Origin: an uncultured bacterium | GTDB taxonomy: Bacteria > Oederibacteriota > JAAXVQ01 > JAUVAV01 | Direction: 5' to 3' | Assembly: GCA_965371665.1 (NCBI GenBank) | Contig: CBDUZI010000002.1 | Coordinates: 4,013 to 68,012 of the forward strand | Length of the DNA stretch: 64,000 bases | Shown here: positions 51,032 to 60,543 of the stretch, in pieces | How the letters are laid out: every line of letters begins with the position of its first letter | Numbering within the stretch: the stretch's first letter is position 1 | Notes under the pieces: model-generated | Database searches by the model: none | Told to the model about the DNA's origin: nothing | What the model saw: only the letters and a program-made list of their open reading frames with translations | Program-made: the position numbers and the translations under genes

Positions 51032-52123
51032 CTACCTCAATTTCAAAGTGCTCAAAGTAATAACCGCCAGCATAATCGCCACAATCCAGAAGCGAATAAT
51101 GATTTTTGGTTCCGACCATCCCTTGATTTCAAAATGGTGATGCAAAGGCGCCATGAGAAATATCCGCTTCCCGGTCAGCTTGAATCCCACCACCTGTAAA
51201 ATCACGGAGCATACTTCGGCCACAAAAACACCTCCGACCACGAGCAGCAAGAGTTCCTGTTTAATCAGGACGGCCGTGGTCCCGAGAACCCCGCCCAAGG
51301 CCAGCGAACCGGTGTCCCCCATAAAAACCTCTGCCGGATGAGCGTTAAACCATAAAAATCCCAGGGCCGCGCCGGCCATGGCGCTGCAGACTACGGTCAT
51401 TTCTCCTCCGCCCGGAATAAAAATTATCTTCAAGTAGTTGGCAAATTTCACATTGGCTACTATATAACTCATAACCACAAAGGTCCCGGCCACCAGAGCT
51501 AAAGACCCGATGGCCAGCCCGTCTAAGCCATCCGTTATATTGACCGCATTGCTGGCGCCTACGATTACTATCATGCCCAAGATAAAATAAAGCCAGGCCG
51601 GCAGGCAGATCGCCTGTTTGACAAACGGCACATTCAAGCAGGCAGCATATTTCCAATCTCCGGCCCAGTAAAGAATCGCCCCCATGACAACCGCACTTCC
51701 CAGTATCTGGGCCGCCAACTTGTTCCGGACTATCAAACCCTGGGATTGATTTTTAACCACCTTGAGATAATCATCCCAAAAGCCGACCAGGCCGAACCAG
51801 ATCAGGGCAAAAGTCATCACGCCCACTGTATAATATTCCCAGCGGGCCCATAAGCCTATGCTCACCAGCATTGACCCCAGGATAATCAATCCCCCCATAG
51901 TGGGCGTTCCGGCTTTTTTCAAATGCCGGTCCGGCCCGTCCTCCCGGATATTCTGGCCTATCCCCCGGCTTTTCAAACTGCGAATAATGGGGGGAGCTAA
52001 AAACAGACATAGCAAAAAAGCTGTCAAGGCCGCATAAACCGAACGAAAGGTGATGTATCGAAATACATTGAAAGCCGACCACACCTCTGCCAGCGGAAAA
52101 AGCAGATAATACAGCAAACGCAA
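51032..52123 (-). CDS. mraY: phospho-N-acetylmuramoyl-pentapeptide transferase
   Basis: Polytopic protein with MraY family motifs (…GLDGLAIG…). Confidence 0.95.
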   Translation of the reverse strand: MRLLYYLLFPLAEVWSAFNVFRYITFRSVYAALTAFLLCLFLAPPIIRSLKSRGIGQNIREDGPDRHLKKAGTPTMGGLIILGSMLVSIGLWARWEYYTVGVMTFALIWFGLVGFWDDYLKVVKNQSQGLIVRNKLAAQILGSAVVMGAILYWAGDWKYAACLNVPFVKQAICLPAWLYFILGMIVIVGASNAVNITDGLDGLAIGSLALVAGTFVVMSYIVANVKFANYLKIIFIPGGGEMTVVCSAMAGAALGFLWFNAHPAEVFMGDTGSLALGGVLGTTAVLIKQELLLLVVGGVFVAEVCSVILQVVGFKLTGKRIFLMAPLHHHFEIKGWSEPKIIIRFWIVAIMLAVITLSTLKLR

Positions 52124-52185
52124 CCTCCCAGAGTACGGATAAGAACTGTCGCCAATAAGCGTTTTCGTATTATTTCACCCCGTAT

Positions 52186-52272
52186 GTCATTCCGAGGCTC
52201 TGCCGAGGAATCTCATAGAGCACTTGTTAAGCAAGCGTTTGCTTGGAGATCCCTCGTTTCACTCGGGATGAC
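52186..52272. repeat. MITE family A copy
   Basis: gtcattccgaggctctgccgaggaatctc...gagatccctcgtttcactcgggatgac. Confidence 0.8.
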
Positions 52273-52328
52273 AAACTCACGGAATTTGTCTGAAAATACC
52301 TTTTGTCGACACTCCCTGATATATTAAC

Positions 52329-52472
52329 CGTTGAATGTTGAATGGCACGCGATGCGGAGGCCGGCGAGAAGAAGTGGGTATCGAACTGCCAGGTAAAAAT
52401 CGGGTCGTTGTCGTAGTCGGAATCAATATAGCCGGCCGATTTGCCTAAGTATGGTTTATTCAACATTCAACG
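52329..52472. repeat. inverted repeat element CCGTTGAATGTTGAATGG ... TTATTCAACATTCAACG
   Basis: 17-bp arms about 110 bp apart, between mraY and murF. The right arm abuts the murF stop. Confidence 0.6.
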
Positions 52473-52473
52473 C

Positions 52474-53862
52474 TCAATACATCATGCCGATTTCCTTACG
52501 TTTTTTTATCGCAGCAATAAATCTTTCCAAACCAATGGCACGCGATCCTTTCACTAAAATTAAATCCGCCGCCGGTGCCGATGGAATCCGGGATAAATAG
52601 ACCGCTGTCACTTCATCCGCCGAATCAAGCTGTCTTATCCATTTCATCCCGGCCCGGCGGGCGCCCGCGGCAATGCCGCGCGCTTCTTCTCCCACTGTAA
52701 TCAGCTTACTCACCCCGGCCGCAACGGTTTGGCGGCCCAGCTCCAGATGCGCCCGCTTGGTGAAGCTTCCTAACTCCAGCATGCTGCCCGCGATGAATAT
52801 TTTATCTCCGCGGGTGGAGAGCCGGCCCAGCAGTTTCAAGGCGGCCGCCGCGGATTGCGGACTGCTGTTATAAGCATCGTTAATAATCCGCAGGGATCCC
52901 AGGCGTAACATTTCCATTCGCATGGAAGTCCGGGAGTAATAGCCGTCCAGCGCCCGGCAAGCCGTCACAAAATTAATCCCCATGGCCATGGCCCCGCCAA
53001 CGGCGGCGGCCGCGTTCCAGGCCTGATGACTTCCCAAACATTTTACTCCCACGGTCTCGGTCCGGCCGCGGAATTCCAGCCGAACGCGCGTGCCCTGATC
53101 ACTCACTCTGACATCAACCACCTTAATATCCGCTTTCGCGGCCATGCCGAAAGTAAATCCCGGATAACGCGAAGCCAGCCGGGCCAGGAAAGGATCATCC
53201 GCATTCAGGATCGCAGATCCCTCCGGTAAAAGTTCGGGCAGGAGTTCGGCCTTGGCCTTAGCCAAGGCCTGCCGGTTTTTAAAGCAGCCCAGGTGAGCAT
53301 CTCCGATATTTGTGATGATTCCCACCTGCGGGCCGGCCATGCGGGCCAATCCCCGGATCTCACCGGGAGCATTCATGCCCATTTCCAGAACTGCCCGCCG
53401 TTGCCGGGAATTCATCCGGAGCAAGGTAAGGGGAAGTCCAATATCATTATTGAAATTACCCTGGCTTTCCAATACTCTTTCCCGGCTCGCGAGAATAGTG
53501 GCCAGCATTTCCTTAGTCGCGGTTTTCCCGTTGCTGCCGGTCACGGCGGCTACGGTTATTTTGGGAAAACGCCGCCGGTAAACCGTGGCCAGATCTCCCA
53601 GGGCTTTTCGCGGATTATTAACCTTAATCGCCGGAAGACCCCGGGGGGCGCGCCGGCAAAGTCCGGCCGCCGCTCCCGCGGCTATCGCGCCTTTAAGATA
53701 CCGGTGACCGTCCGCATGTTCTCCGGCCAGCGCAACAAAAAGTTCTTGTGAACGAATCCGGCGGGAATCAATCGAGACTCCGCTTACCTTCCGGTCCGGA
53801 GACGCATTCGCCAATTTCCCCTTTACCGCCTCGGTTATATTACCTAAATTCATACCTTGCAT
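52474..53862 (-). CDS. murF: UDP-MurNAc-tripeptide--D-Ala-D-Ala ligase
   Basis: Mur ligase domains. AVTGSNGKTATKEM. Confidence 0.93.
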   Translation of the reverse strand: MQGMNLGNITEAVKGKLANASPDRKVSGVSIDSRRIRSQELFVALAGEHADGHRYLKGAIAAGAAAGLCRRAPRGLPAIKVNNPRKALGDLATVYRRRFPKITVAAVTGSNGKTATKEMLATILASRERVLESQGNFNNDIGLPLTLLRMNSRQRRAVLEMGMNAPGEIRGLARMAGPQVGIITNIGDAHLGCFKNRQALAKAKAELLPELLPEGSAILNADDPFLARLASRYPGFTFGMAAKADIKVVDVRVSDQGTRVRLEFRGRTETVGVKCLGSHQAWNAAAAVGGAMAMGINFVTACRALDGYYSRTSMRMEMLRLGSLRIINDAYNSSPQSAAAALKLLGRLSTRGDKIFIAGSMLELGSFTKRAHLELGRQTVAAGVSKLITVGEEARGIAAGARRAGMKWIRQLDSADEVTAVYLSRIPSAPAADLILVKGSRAIGLERFIAAIKKRKEIGMMY

Positions 53863-55403
53863 TTCCCTCTCCGATTCAGACGCGCCAATTCTTGGCGCAC
53901 GATCCGGCGATCGTCAAAGGGTATGGTTTGGTGAGCCAAAATCTGATAATTCTCATGCCCTTTACCGGCAATCAGGACCGTATCCTCCCGGCCGGCCAAA
54001 CGCAGGGCTGCCCTAATGGCCCGCGTCCGGTCAATTTCTATCAGGATATTATTCTCCGGTATACTTCGTTTACTGCGCCCCCTTGGCTTGCTCTTCCCGG
54101 CACCGGCAACAATATCCCGGATGATCTTTTCCGGATCCTCGCTCCTGGGATTATCCGAGGTAATGACAACTACATCAGCCAATTCGGCCGCTATTTCGCC
54201 CATGGCCGGCCGCTTGGATGTATCTCTATCTCCGCCGCAACCAAAAATCACTATAATTTTCCGGGAAGTAAATTTCCGGGCGGCTTGCAGCACTTGGGAC
54301 AAGCCATCCGGAGTATGCGCATAATCAACAATCACATTAAATGAACCGGACCCCGAAATATTCTCCATTCTTCCGGGCACCCCGGAAACCGCTTCCAGGC
54401 CTTTTTGAATCCCCGGGAGCGAGACGCCCAAACATTGGGCCGTTGCCGCCGCAGCCAGGGCATTAAGCACATTATGCTGTCCGGCCAGCTTCAATTGGAC
54501 TCTAATCCGGCCTTGCGGCGTAATCAGGCGGAAAGCGCTGCCCGAGGCCTTGATTTGCATTTGCTGCGCCGTAAACTCCGCCGCTTTCTGCAAACCGTAG
54601 GTTTTAATCCGCGCCCGGCCGGCGGCACGCATCATGCCGCGGCTTTGGGGATCATCCCTATTTATGACAGCATACTTCGGCCCGGACTTATATCCTTGCT
54701 CTGCCAATTGCGTGAAAAGCCGGCGCTTGGCCGCCGCATAATTTTCCAGCGTGCCATGAAAATCCAAGTGCTCCGGGGTCAGGTTGGTAAATACGGCCAC
54801 ATCAAATTCACAGCCCGCTACCCGTTCCTCGGCCAGGGCATGGGAGGAAACCTCCATAAGTGCGACATCGCATTGCTTGGCAGCCATTTTAAAGAGCAGA
54901 CTCTGCAGTTCCCAGGCCATAGGCGTAGTATTTAAAGCCGCAACCGAATATCCCGGTAATTCATGCCGGATGGTACCTATCAAACCCACACGCTGCGGCG
55001 GCCGGCCGGATTCCAGAATTGATCTTAAAAAATAGTTTACCGTGGTTTTTCCATTGGTTCCGGTTATTCCCACAACCTTAAATTTTAATGATGGCAGATT
55101 GTAAAAATGAGGAGCTATTTTTTTTAAGGCACGGGAAACCCGGGGAACCTTAATAATTCCGATTTTCAAAGTATCCAGCCCGGGAATATGCTTTTCCAGC
55201 ATAACCGCAGCCGCGCCCTGCCGCACAGCGTGGGCCGCGAATTTATGGCCATCCTGATGTCTCCCGCGTATACAGGCAAAAACATCTCCGGGCCGGACAT
55301 GGCGGGAGTCAGCGGTAATACGCTGTACCAGCACATCCGGCCGGCCGGATAAACCGGCGCGCGGAATACTCTCCGCCAGGATCGAGAGCGGGATATTAAT
55401 CAT
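53850..55403 (-). CDS. murE: UDP-MurNAc-L-Ala-D-Glu--2,6-diaminopimelate ligase
   Basis: VVGITGTNGKTTV. Overlaps murF by 13 nt. Confidence 0.93.
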   Translation of the reverse strand: MINIPLSILAESIPRAGLSGRPDVLVQRITADSRHVRPGDVFACIRGRHQDGHKFAAHAVRQGAAAVMLEKHIPGLDTLKIGIIKVPRVSRALKKIAPHFYNLPSLKFKVVGITGTNGKTTVNYFLRSILESGRPPQRVGLIGTIRHELPGYSVAALNTTPMAWELQSLLFKMAAKQCDVALMEVSSHALAEERVAGCEFDVAVFTNLTPEHLDFHGTLENYAAAKRRLFTQLAEQGYKSGPKYAVINRDDPQSRGMMRAAGRARIKTYGLQKAAEFTAQQMQIKASGSAFRLITPQGRIRVQLKLAGQHNVLNALAAAATAQCLGVSLPGIQKGLEAVSGVPGRMENISGSGSFNVIVDYAHTPDGLSQVLQAARKFTSRKIIVIFGCGGDRDTSKRPAMGEIAAELADVVVITSDNPRSEDPEKIIRDIVAGAGKSKPRGRSKRSIPENNILIEIDRTRAIRAALRLAGREDTVLIAGKGHENYQILAHQTIPFDDRRIVRQELARLNRRGKCKV

Positions 55404-57538
55404 GGTTGGTTCTCCGGATCAACGCAATTAATCATACAGGTCTGTCCTACCTTAGCTAAAGTATTAGGACTCGGCTTCTGCCGGTTAACCACGCCGCTGC
55501 CCGAGATGCGGGCCTGAAGACCGTAATCTCCCAAAATCTGCAGGGCGTTACGCAGCGTTTGCCCCGCCACATTCGGGACCAATATCTGTTCCTGCTTCGG
55601 CAGCGTGATCTTATCCGCAGCCGAAGCACCCAGATAAAGCACTACCCGGGAAGCGGCATTAATCAGCCGGCCTTCGGCGGGTCGTTGTTCTAAAACTATT
55701 TTCCCTTTTCCCAGGCAGGCGGCTTGTAATCCTAACTGTTTAAGCCGGCGTCGGGATTCATCGATGGACAGGCCTTTTAAACCGGGCACTTGATGCATGT
55801 GACTTTTTAAATCAAACCCCTTCCCGGCTTCGGCCTTGGCAAAAGCATATACTTTCCGGGGACTGGGCGGAATTCCCAAATACGCCACCAGGTGGCGGCT
55901 GATTTCCTTGAAAACCGGCCCGGCCACTAACCCGCCCCATTGCAGGCCGCGAGGCTCGTCAATCATAACCGCAATTAACAATTTCGGCTTATCTGCCGGA
56001 AAAAAACCCACAAAGGAAGCCACATGCCGAAAGGCATCATATCCGCCGTGGGGGCGTATTTTCTGAGCGGTTCCGGTTTTACCCGCCACCGTATAATTAG
56101 AAACCTGGGCCCAGGTGCCGGTTCCCTTTTCAACCACATCCTTTAATATGCTTCTCATCTGTTCCGCGGTGCGCGCGGAGATCACTTGTCCGCGTATTTC
56201 CGGTTGCGTCGCTCTGACTATGACACCATCCGGACGCTTCTGTTCCCTGACAATATACGGCCGGAGAAGCCGGCCCTGGTTAGCCACAGCCGCATAAGCC
56301 GCGGCTATTTGCAGGGTAGTCACGGCCACCCCCTGGCCGAAGGGCACGGAAGTCATTGTGCAATTTTTCCATTGCGTATGGGGTTTAAGCATGCCTACGC
56401 GTTCACCGGGCAGTTCAATCCCGGTCGGTCTTCCGAAACCAAAATCCCGGGCATAACGGGTTAATTTTTCCGCGCCTAAACGAATACCGATTTTCACGGC
56501 TCCAACATTACTGGATAAAATTATCACGTCCCGGAAAGAGAGCCGCCCTTTAGGCTCGTGATCCCGGACCACTCTTCCGTCAAACACTCCCCGTCCATTT
56601 TCACAATGAATGATATCTTCTTCCCGGAAAACGCCTTCCTCCAGCGCAGCGGCGGCCGTGACTAATTTGAAGGTTGACCCGGGTTCGTAAATATCATTTA
56701 TGACCCGGTTCCGCTGGTTTGCGACCGGAAACCGGTTGTAGTGGTTGGGATCAAAATCAGGCAGGTTGGCCAGGGCCAGTATTTCTCCGGTATTGGGATT
56801 CATAACCACGATTGATCCCGCCAGAGCCCGGGACTTTTTCATGCCGCGGGCCAATTCCCGCTCGGCTATATGCTGAACCACCTTATCAATAGTTAAATAT
56901 ATATCCTGACCGGGTTCGGGACGCTTAAAAACCCGGGTGGAGGCGGGAAGCCTCTGTCCTTTGGCGTCACGCGCGATTCTCAACAGTCCGCTCCGGCCGC
57001 AAATGGCCCGGTCAAACTGAAGCTCCACGCCGCTCAGCCCTTGATTGTCCAAACCCACAAATCCCAAAACATGACAGGCCAGACGGCCTTCCGGATAAAC
57101 CCGGATGGATTCGGAGAGTTCGTGCACACCGGTTAATTTCAGAGCGCGGATTTTTTCGGCGCCGGCATCCGAAACCTTGCGTTTAATCCAGACAAAATCC
57201 CGACGGCTTTTAAAACGTTCCTTCAAGCGCACGGCGGAAACACCGATCGCCTGATAAAGCCGGCGCGCCGCCTGGGACGGATTTTTTATTTCCGAAGGAA
57301 CGGCGTAAAACGAGGCCGCCTGCCGGTTAAGCGCCAGCGGCCGCCCCCGGCGGTCAAATATTTTTCCGCGTTGCGGCTGAATTTTAATCGTACGTTCCTG
57401 CTGCCGCAGGGCCAGTTGCGAAAACTGCCGGTGCTGAATAATCTGAATATAAAAAAGACGCCAGGTTATAATGGCCAGCAGTACGCCAAAACCGACCGTA
57501 AAGACTTTTATCCGCTTGTCGATGGCCTCTTTTCGCAA
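55400..57538 (-). CDS. ftsI: penicillin-binding protein 2/FtsI-type transpeptidase with two C-terminal PASTA domains
   Basis: STFK, SSN, KTGT motifs. Two C-terminal PASTA-like repeats (…GLSIDESRRRLKQLGLQ…, …VAGQTLRNALQILGDYGLQ…). Confidence 0.9.
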   Translation of the reverse strand: MRKEAIDKRIKVFTVGFGVLLAIITWRLFYIQIIQHRQFSQLALRQQERTIKIQPQRGKIFDRRGRPLALNRQAASFYAVPSEIKNPSQAARRLYQAIGVSAVRLKERFKSRRDFVWIKRKVSDAGAEKIRALKLTGVHELSESIRVYPEGRLACHVLGFVGLDNQGLSGVELQFDRAICGRSGLLRIARDAKGQRLPASTRVFKRPEPGQDIYLTIDKVVQHIAERELARGMKKSRALAGSIVVMNPNTGEILALANLPDFDPNHYNRFPVANQRNRVINDIYEPGSTFKLVTAAAALEEGVFREEDIIHCENGRGVFDGRVVRDHEPKGRLSFRDVIILSSNVGAVKIGIRLGAEKLTRYARDFGFGRPTGIELPGERVGMLKPHTQWKNCTMTSVPFGQGVAVTTLQIAAAYAAVANQGRLLRPYIVREQKRPDGVIVRATQPEIRGQVISARTAEQMRSILKDVVEKGTGTWAQVSNYTVAGKTGTAQKIRPHGGYDAFRHVASFVGFFPADKPKLLIAVMIDEPRGLQWGGLVAGPVFKEISRHLVAYLGIPPSPRKVYAFAKAEAGKGFDLKSHMHQVPGLKGLSIDESRRRLKQLGLQAACLGKGKIVLEQRPAEGRLINAASRVVLYLGASAADKITLPKQEQILVPNVAGQTLRNALQILGDYGLQARISGSGVVNRQKPSPNTLAKVGQTCMINCVDPENQP

Positions 57539-57550
57539 GACCTTTCTCCC

Positions 57551-58009
57551 TTATTCAGTCTTTTTCTCCGGGCCCCGGATTGCGAACTTGAAACTTTCCG
57601 CCTGCTTGATCCATCGGTTAAAACATCCCCGCCATCCCTCACTCCGGATTGCCGGATCGACCAGAAAAACCAGTTGGTCTTTCCGGGGCGTATCCAAGCC
57701 TAATTTATTCCGGGCCACTTTTTCGATCCGTTCCAGATTGGCCAGAGAATTTCGCCGGCTGAGCAGAATCCGCTGTTGATCCAGCAGAGTGTCGTATTCC
57801 CCGCGAAGTTGCGTTATTTTGTACCCCAGCTTGACCACCTGCATTTCCTGCCAAACTCTTAAGAAAACCACACCGAAAAGAACCAGGATAACTCCCATTA
57901 TCAGGGATATACGCCGGACCGCGATTTTATTTTTACCGCCGGTTTCCTGCATAAAATAAATTGTGACAAACTCACGGTCCAGTCCGCTATGCAGAACGCG
58001 TCCGCTCAT
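57551..58009 (-). CDS. ftsL: cell division protein FtsL (septum formation initiator)
   Basis: Single TM plus coiled-coil. Positioned between rsmH and ftsI. The track ORF is extended to 58102, overlapping rsmH. Confidence 0.7.
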   Translation of the reverse strand: MSGRVLHSGLDREFVTIYFMQETGGKNKIAVRRISLIMGVILVLFGVVFLRVWQEMQVVKLGYKITQLRGEYDTLLDQQRILLSRRNSLANLERIEKVARNKLGLDTPRKDQLVFLVDPAIRSEGWRGCFNRWIKQAESFKFAIRGPEKKTE

Positions 58010-58010
58010 C

Positions 58011-58880
58011 CTAATTACTCCGCTGCCGGACTGCCGCTCGCAGCTTGGCGCTGCGGGCCCGGGGATTGGCACGAATTTCTTCCCGGGTAGGCCGAACCAC
58101 ATGTTTAGTTAAATTTTCCCACCTGGCCTTGTCACGCAGTTGATATTTAACTATTCTATCTTCGAGTGAATGGAAGCTGATCACTACAATCCGGCCCTGA
58201 TCCGCTAAAGTCCCGGCCACGGCATTCAGGCCGCGTTCCAGGCTGGCGAGTTCATCATTAACCGCAATCCGCAAAGCCTGAAAAATTCGGGTGGCCGGAT
58301 GCAGACGCCCATAAAAACCAACGGCTTGGCAGATCAGGCTGACCAGGGAAGCCGTATCGGTTAGGGGGCGGTGGCGCACAATGATTTTGGCCAAACGCCG
58401 GGAATGACGTTCCTCGCCCCACTGGTAAAAGACCTCCGCCAGTTCTTTCTCACTGGTGTGATTAATAAATTCCGCCGCGGTCAAGGACTGGCTCCGGTCC
58501 ATGCGCATATCCAAAGGCCCCGGCTTAAGAAACGAAAACCCGCGTTCCGGATCATCAATCTGAAAAGACGAAAATCCCAGGTCCATGAGAACTCCAGATA
58601 AAGCCGTGATTTTTTGCTCTTGCGCTACCGCTGCCAGATCCTGAAAATTCCCTTGCACCAGAACCAGGCGATCCCCATAGACTGCCAGACGCTTACGCGC
58701 CAGAGCCAGAATTTCACCATCGCGATCCATACCCAGTACCCGGCCGGCGGGCTCCGTGGCTTTCAAGATCGCCTCAGTATGTCCGCCCGCTCCCACGGTT
58801 AAATCGGCCCACCAGCCCCCGGATACCGGGGCCAGCTTCTCCAGGACTTCGCTTACCATGACCGGACAATGTATCATCAA
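58011..58880 (-). CDS. rsmH: 16S rRNA (cytosine1402-N4)-methyltransferase
   Basis: MraW family. HCPVMVSEVLEKLAP...DLTVGAGGHTEAIL. Confidence 0.95.
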   Translation of the reverse strand: MMIHCPVMVSEVLEKLAPVSGGWWADLTVGAGGHTEAILKATEPAGRVLGMDRDGEILALARKRLAVYGDRLVLVQGNFQDLAAVAQEQKITALSGVLMDLGFSSFQIDDPERGFSFLKPGPLDMRMDRSQSLTAAEFINHTSEKELAEVFYQWGEERHSRRLAKIIVRHRPLTDTASLVSLICQAVGFYGRLHPATRIFQALRIAVNDELASLERGLNAVAGTLADQGRIVVISFHSLEDRIVKYQLRDKARWENLTKHVVRPTREEIRANPRARSAKLRAAVRQRSN

Positions 58881-59344
58881 GCGGCAACGCGGTTCAAATG
58901 TTTATAGCTGGCAACTGCGGCCTGCTGATGCTTAAAGATGCGGAAGATTTTTAATACCCCGGTTAATTCCAGTGCGTGGTGTAACTGCATATTTAAATTG
59001 GATATCCGTAAATCACCGTTTAAATCCCGCAACTTGCGAAGACTTTCCACCAAAATACCAATTCCTGTCATGTTGATATGCTGCACACAAGTGAAATCCA
59101 GCACAAACTGATAGCACCCTCCCTCTACACTGGAAGCTATCGCATTGCGGATACTGACAACCTCTTCCATGTCAATATCCACCAAAAGATGGATAACTGC
59201 AACTTCGTCCTGGCGCACAATTTTTAAGGACACCTCGGGTTCACCTCCTTTCGGTTTTTGGAATATCCCAGCCCTTCGCTTTTCCGCATAAGAATATTTC
59301 ACGCTATTTTTTCCATTCCTCGAAAGTTGAAATCGGCCACCCAC
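58877..59344 (-). CDS. STAS-domain protein (anti-sigma-factor antagonist-like)
   Basis: The C-terminal roughly 110 aa (SLKIVRQDEVAVIHL...ISNLNMQLHHALELTGVLKIFRIF) have the SpoIIAA/STAS pattern. Located between mraZ and rsmH. Confidence 0.6.
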   Translation of the reverse strand: MGGRFQLSRNGKNSVKYSYAEKRRAGIFQKPKGGEPEVSLKIVRQDEVAVIHLLVDIDMEEVVSIRNAIASSVEGGCYQFVLDFTCVQHINMTGIGILVESLRKLRDLNGDLRISNLNMQLHHALELTGVLKIFRIFKHQQAAVASYKHLNRVAA

Positions 59345-59357
59345 TACAACCTATTCC

Positions 59358-59813
59358 CTAGAAATCCGGAATCTGCTCAGCAATATCTTCCAGCGATTTA
59401 CCGTTTTCCAAATACTGTTTCCAGCGTTCCGGGGCCCAAATTTCAATCCGGCTGGAAACTCCTACGATAACCGCCTCGCGATTTAACCCGGCATACTGAC
59501 GCAGGGCCAAGGGCAGCATTATCCGTCCCTGCTTATCCAATTGGCAATCCACTGCACCGGCAAATAAACGCCGAATAAAATAGCGGTCATCACCTTTGTT
59601 CATGGGGCGGGAGATAATTTTCTTTTCAAAATTTTTCCATTCATCCAGGGAATAACCAAAAAGACATGCGTCCAAACCCTGCGTAATAACCAGCCTCTCG
59701 GGAAGCTGGTTTTCCGATAAAACGTCCCGGAAACGCGAAGGAATTGACAAGCGTCCTTTATCATCCAGAGTATGTTCGAAAGTTCCAAGAAATCTCAAAA
59801 GCCTCTTCCCCAT
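59358..59813 (-). CDS. mraZ: transcriptional regulator MraZ
   Basis: MGKRLLRFLGTFEHTLDDKGRLSIPSRFR. Duplicated MraZ domains; 151 aa. Confidence 0.93.
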   Translation of the reverse strand: MGKRLLRFLGTFEHTLDDKGRLSIPSRFRDVLSENQLPERLVITQGLDACLFGYSLDEWKNFEKKIISRPMNKGDDRYFIRRLFAGAVDCQLDKQGRIMLPLALRQYAGLNREAVIVGVSSRIEIWAPERWKQYLENGKSLEDIAEQIPDF

Positions 59814-59845
59814 TTCATGGGATTTTTCCCCACTTCATGGGATAA
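59810..59845 (-). promoter_or_regulatory. tandem 20-bp direct repeats upstream of mraZ (AAATCCCATGAARTGGGGAA x2): putative MraZ operator
   Basis: Plus strand ccccatttcatgggat / ccccacttcatgggat immediately 5' of the mraZ ATG. Each contains a CCCAT..TGGG inverted motif. Confidence 0.45.
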
Positions 59846-60051
59846 TTTACCCCCCTTTCCCCATTTTGTCAATATTTAAATCTCAGTTCCGTTAATTCAT
59901 CACTTAAGGTACTAAAATCGCATTGTGGTAAAGTAAGCGTTGAGAATAGAAAATTAAAACGTATGGGAAAACAAATCCCATTGACGCCCAAACCCTGGTT
60001 TTGTTATTATTTGTAAATATTGCAAGTTATATCTTTTTTAAAAGGTGCCGC

Positions 60052-60354
60052 ATGGAGAATTATTTTAAAATTGAATGTCCGAAATGCCGGGTGACTATCC
60101 TGATCGACCGGATAACCGGTGAAATCATTGAGACGCGGGAACCCCTTATTCAGGAAAGCACGGGCGATCGGTTTAAAGACGCCTTAAAAAAAATCCAGGC
60201 CAGCCCCCGGGAATCCGAGGAAAAATTTAACCAGTCCCGGGAAGATGAAAAGAACAAACAAAAAAATCTCGATGATTTATTCCGAAAATCTATGGAGCAG
60301 GTAAAAAAAGAGGGGCCGGTTAAAAAGCAGATCAGGAATATTGATCTGGATTAG
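60052..60354 (+). CDS. small zinc-ribbon protein (CPKC...), hypothetical
   Basis: MENYFKIECPKCRVTILIDRITGEI..., then a charged low-complexity tail. The track ORF starts earlier (60001). Confidence 0.4.
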   Translation: MENYFKIECPKCRVTILIDRITGEIIETREPLIQESTGDRFKDALKKIQASPRESEEKFNQSREDEKNKQKNLDDLFRKSMEQVKKEGPVKKQIRNIDLD

Positions 60355-60530
60355 GGGCCTGAGCATTTAGTCGGTTTTTTTTAATTTCTGAGCAATAGAA
60401 CAATAGAAAATAGACCGCAATTGAGTTTTTTATTGCTCTATTGTTCTATTGTCAATTGCTCTGGAGTTTGAGCACTCTTCCCCCTTTGAAAAAGGGGGAG
60501 AATGACTAAAGTCCGACAGACTCCTAGGGG
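60355..60530. repeat. MITE family C copy (inverted) with internal perfect palindrome CAATAGAACAATAG / CTATTGTTCTATTG
   Basis: Ends ggggcctgagcatttagtcggtttt and gaatgactaaagtccgacagactcctagg. Confidence 0.8.
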
Positions 60531-60543
60531 AACTCTATAAGGA

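Noticed and set aside
55400-57538. PASTA-containing PBP as evidence of a Gram-positive host
   Set aside because: PASTA-bearing FtsI/SpoVD-type PBPs occur in several diderm lineages too. Not diagnostic; no taxonomic claim made.
6296-60530. Possibility that the recurring GTCATTCC / CCCCCTTTT repeats form a CRISPR array
   Set aside because: Copies are dispersed and irregularly spaced, differ in length and family, and are individually palindromic. There are no regular repeat-spacer units and no cas genes.
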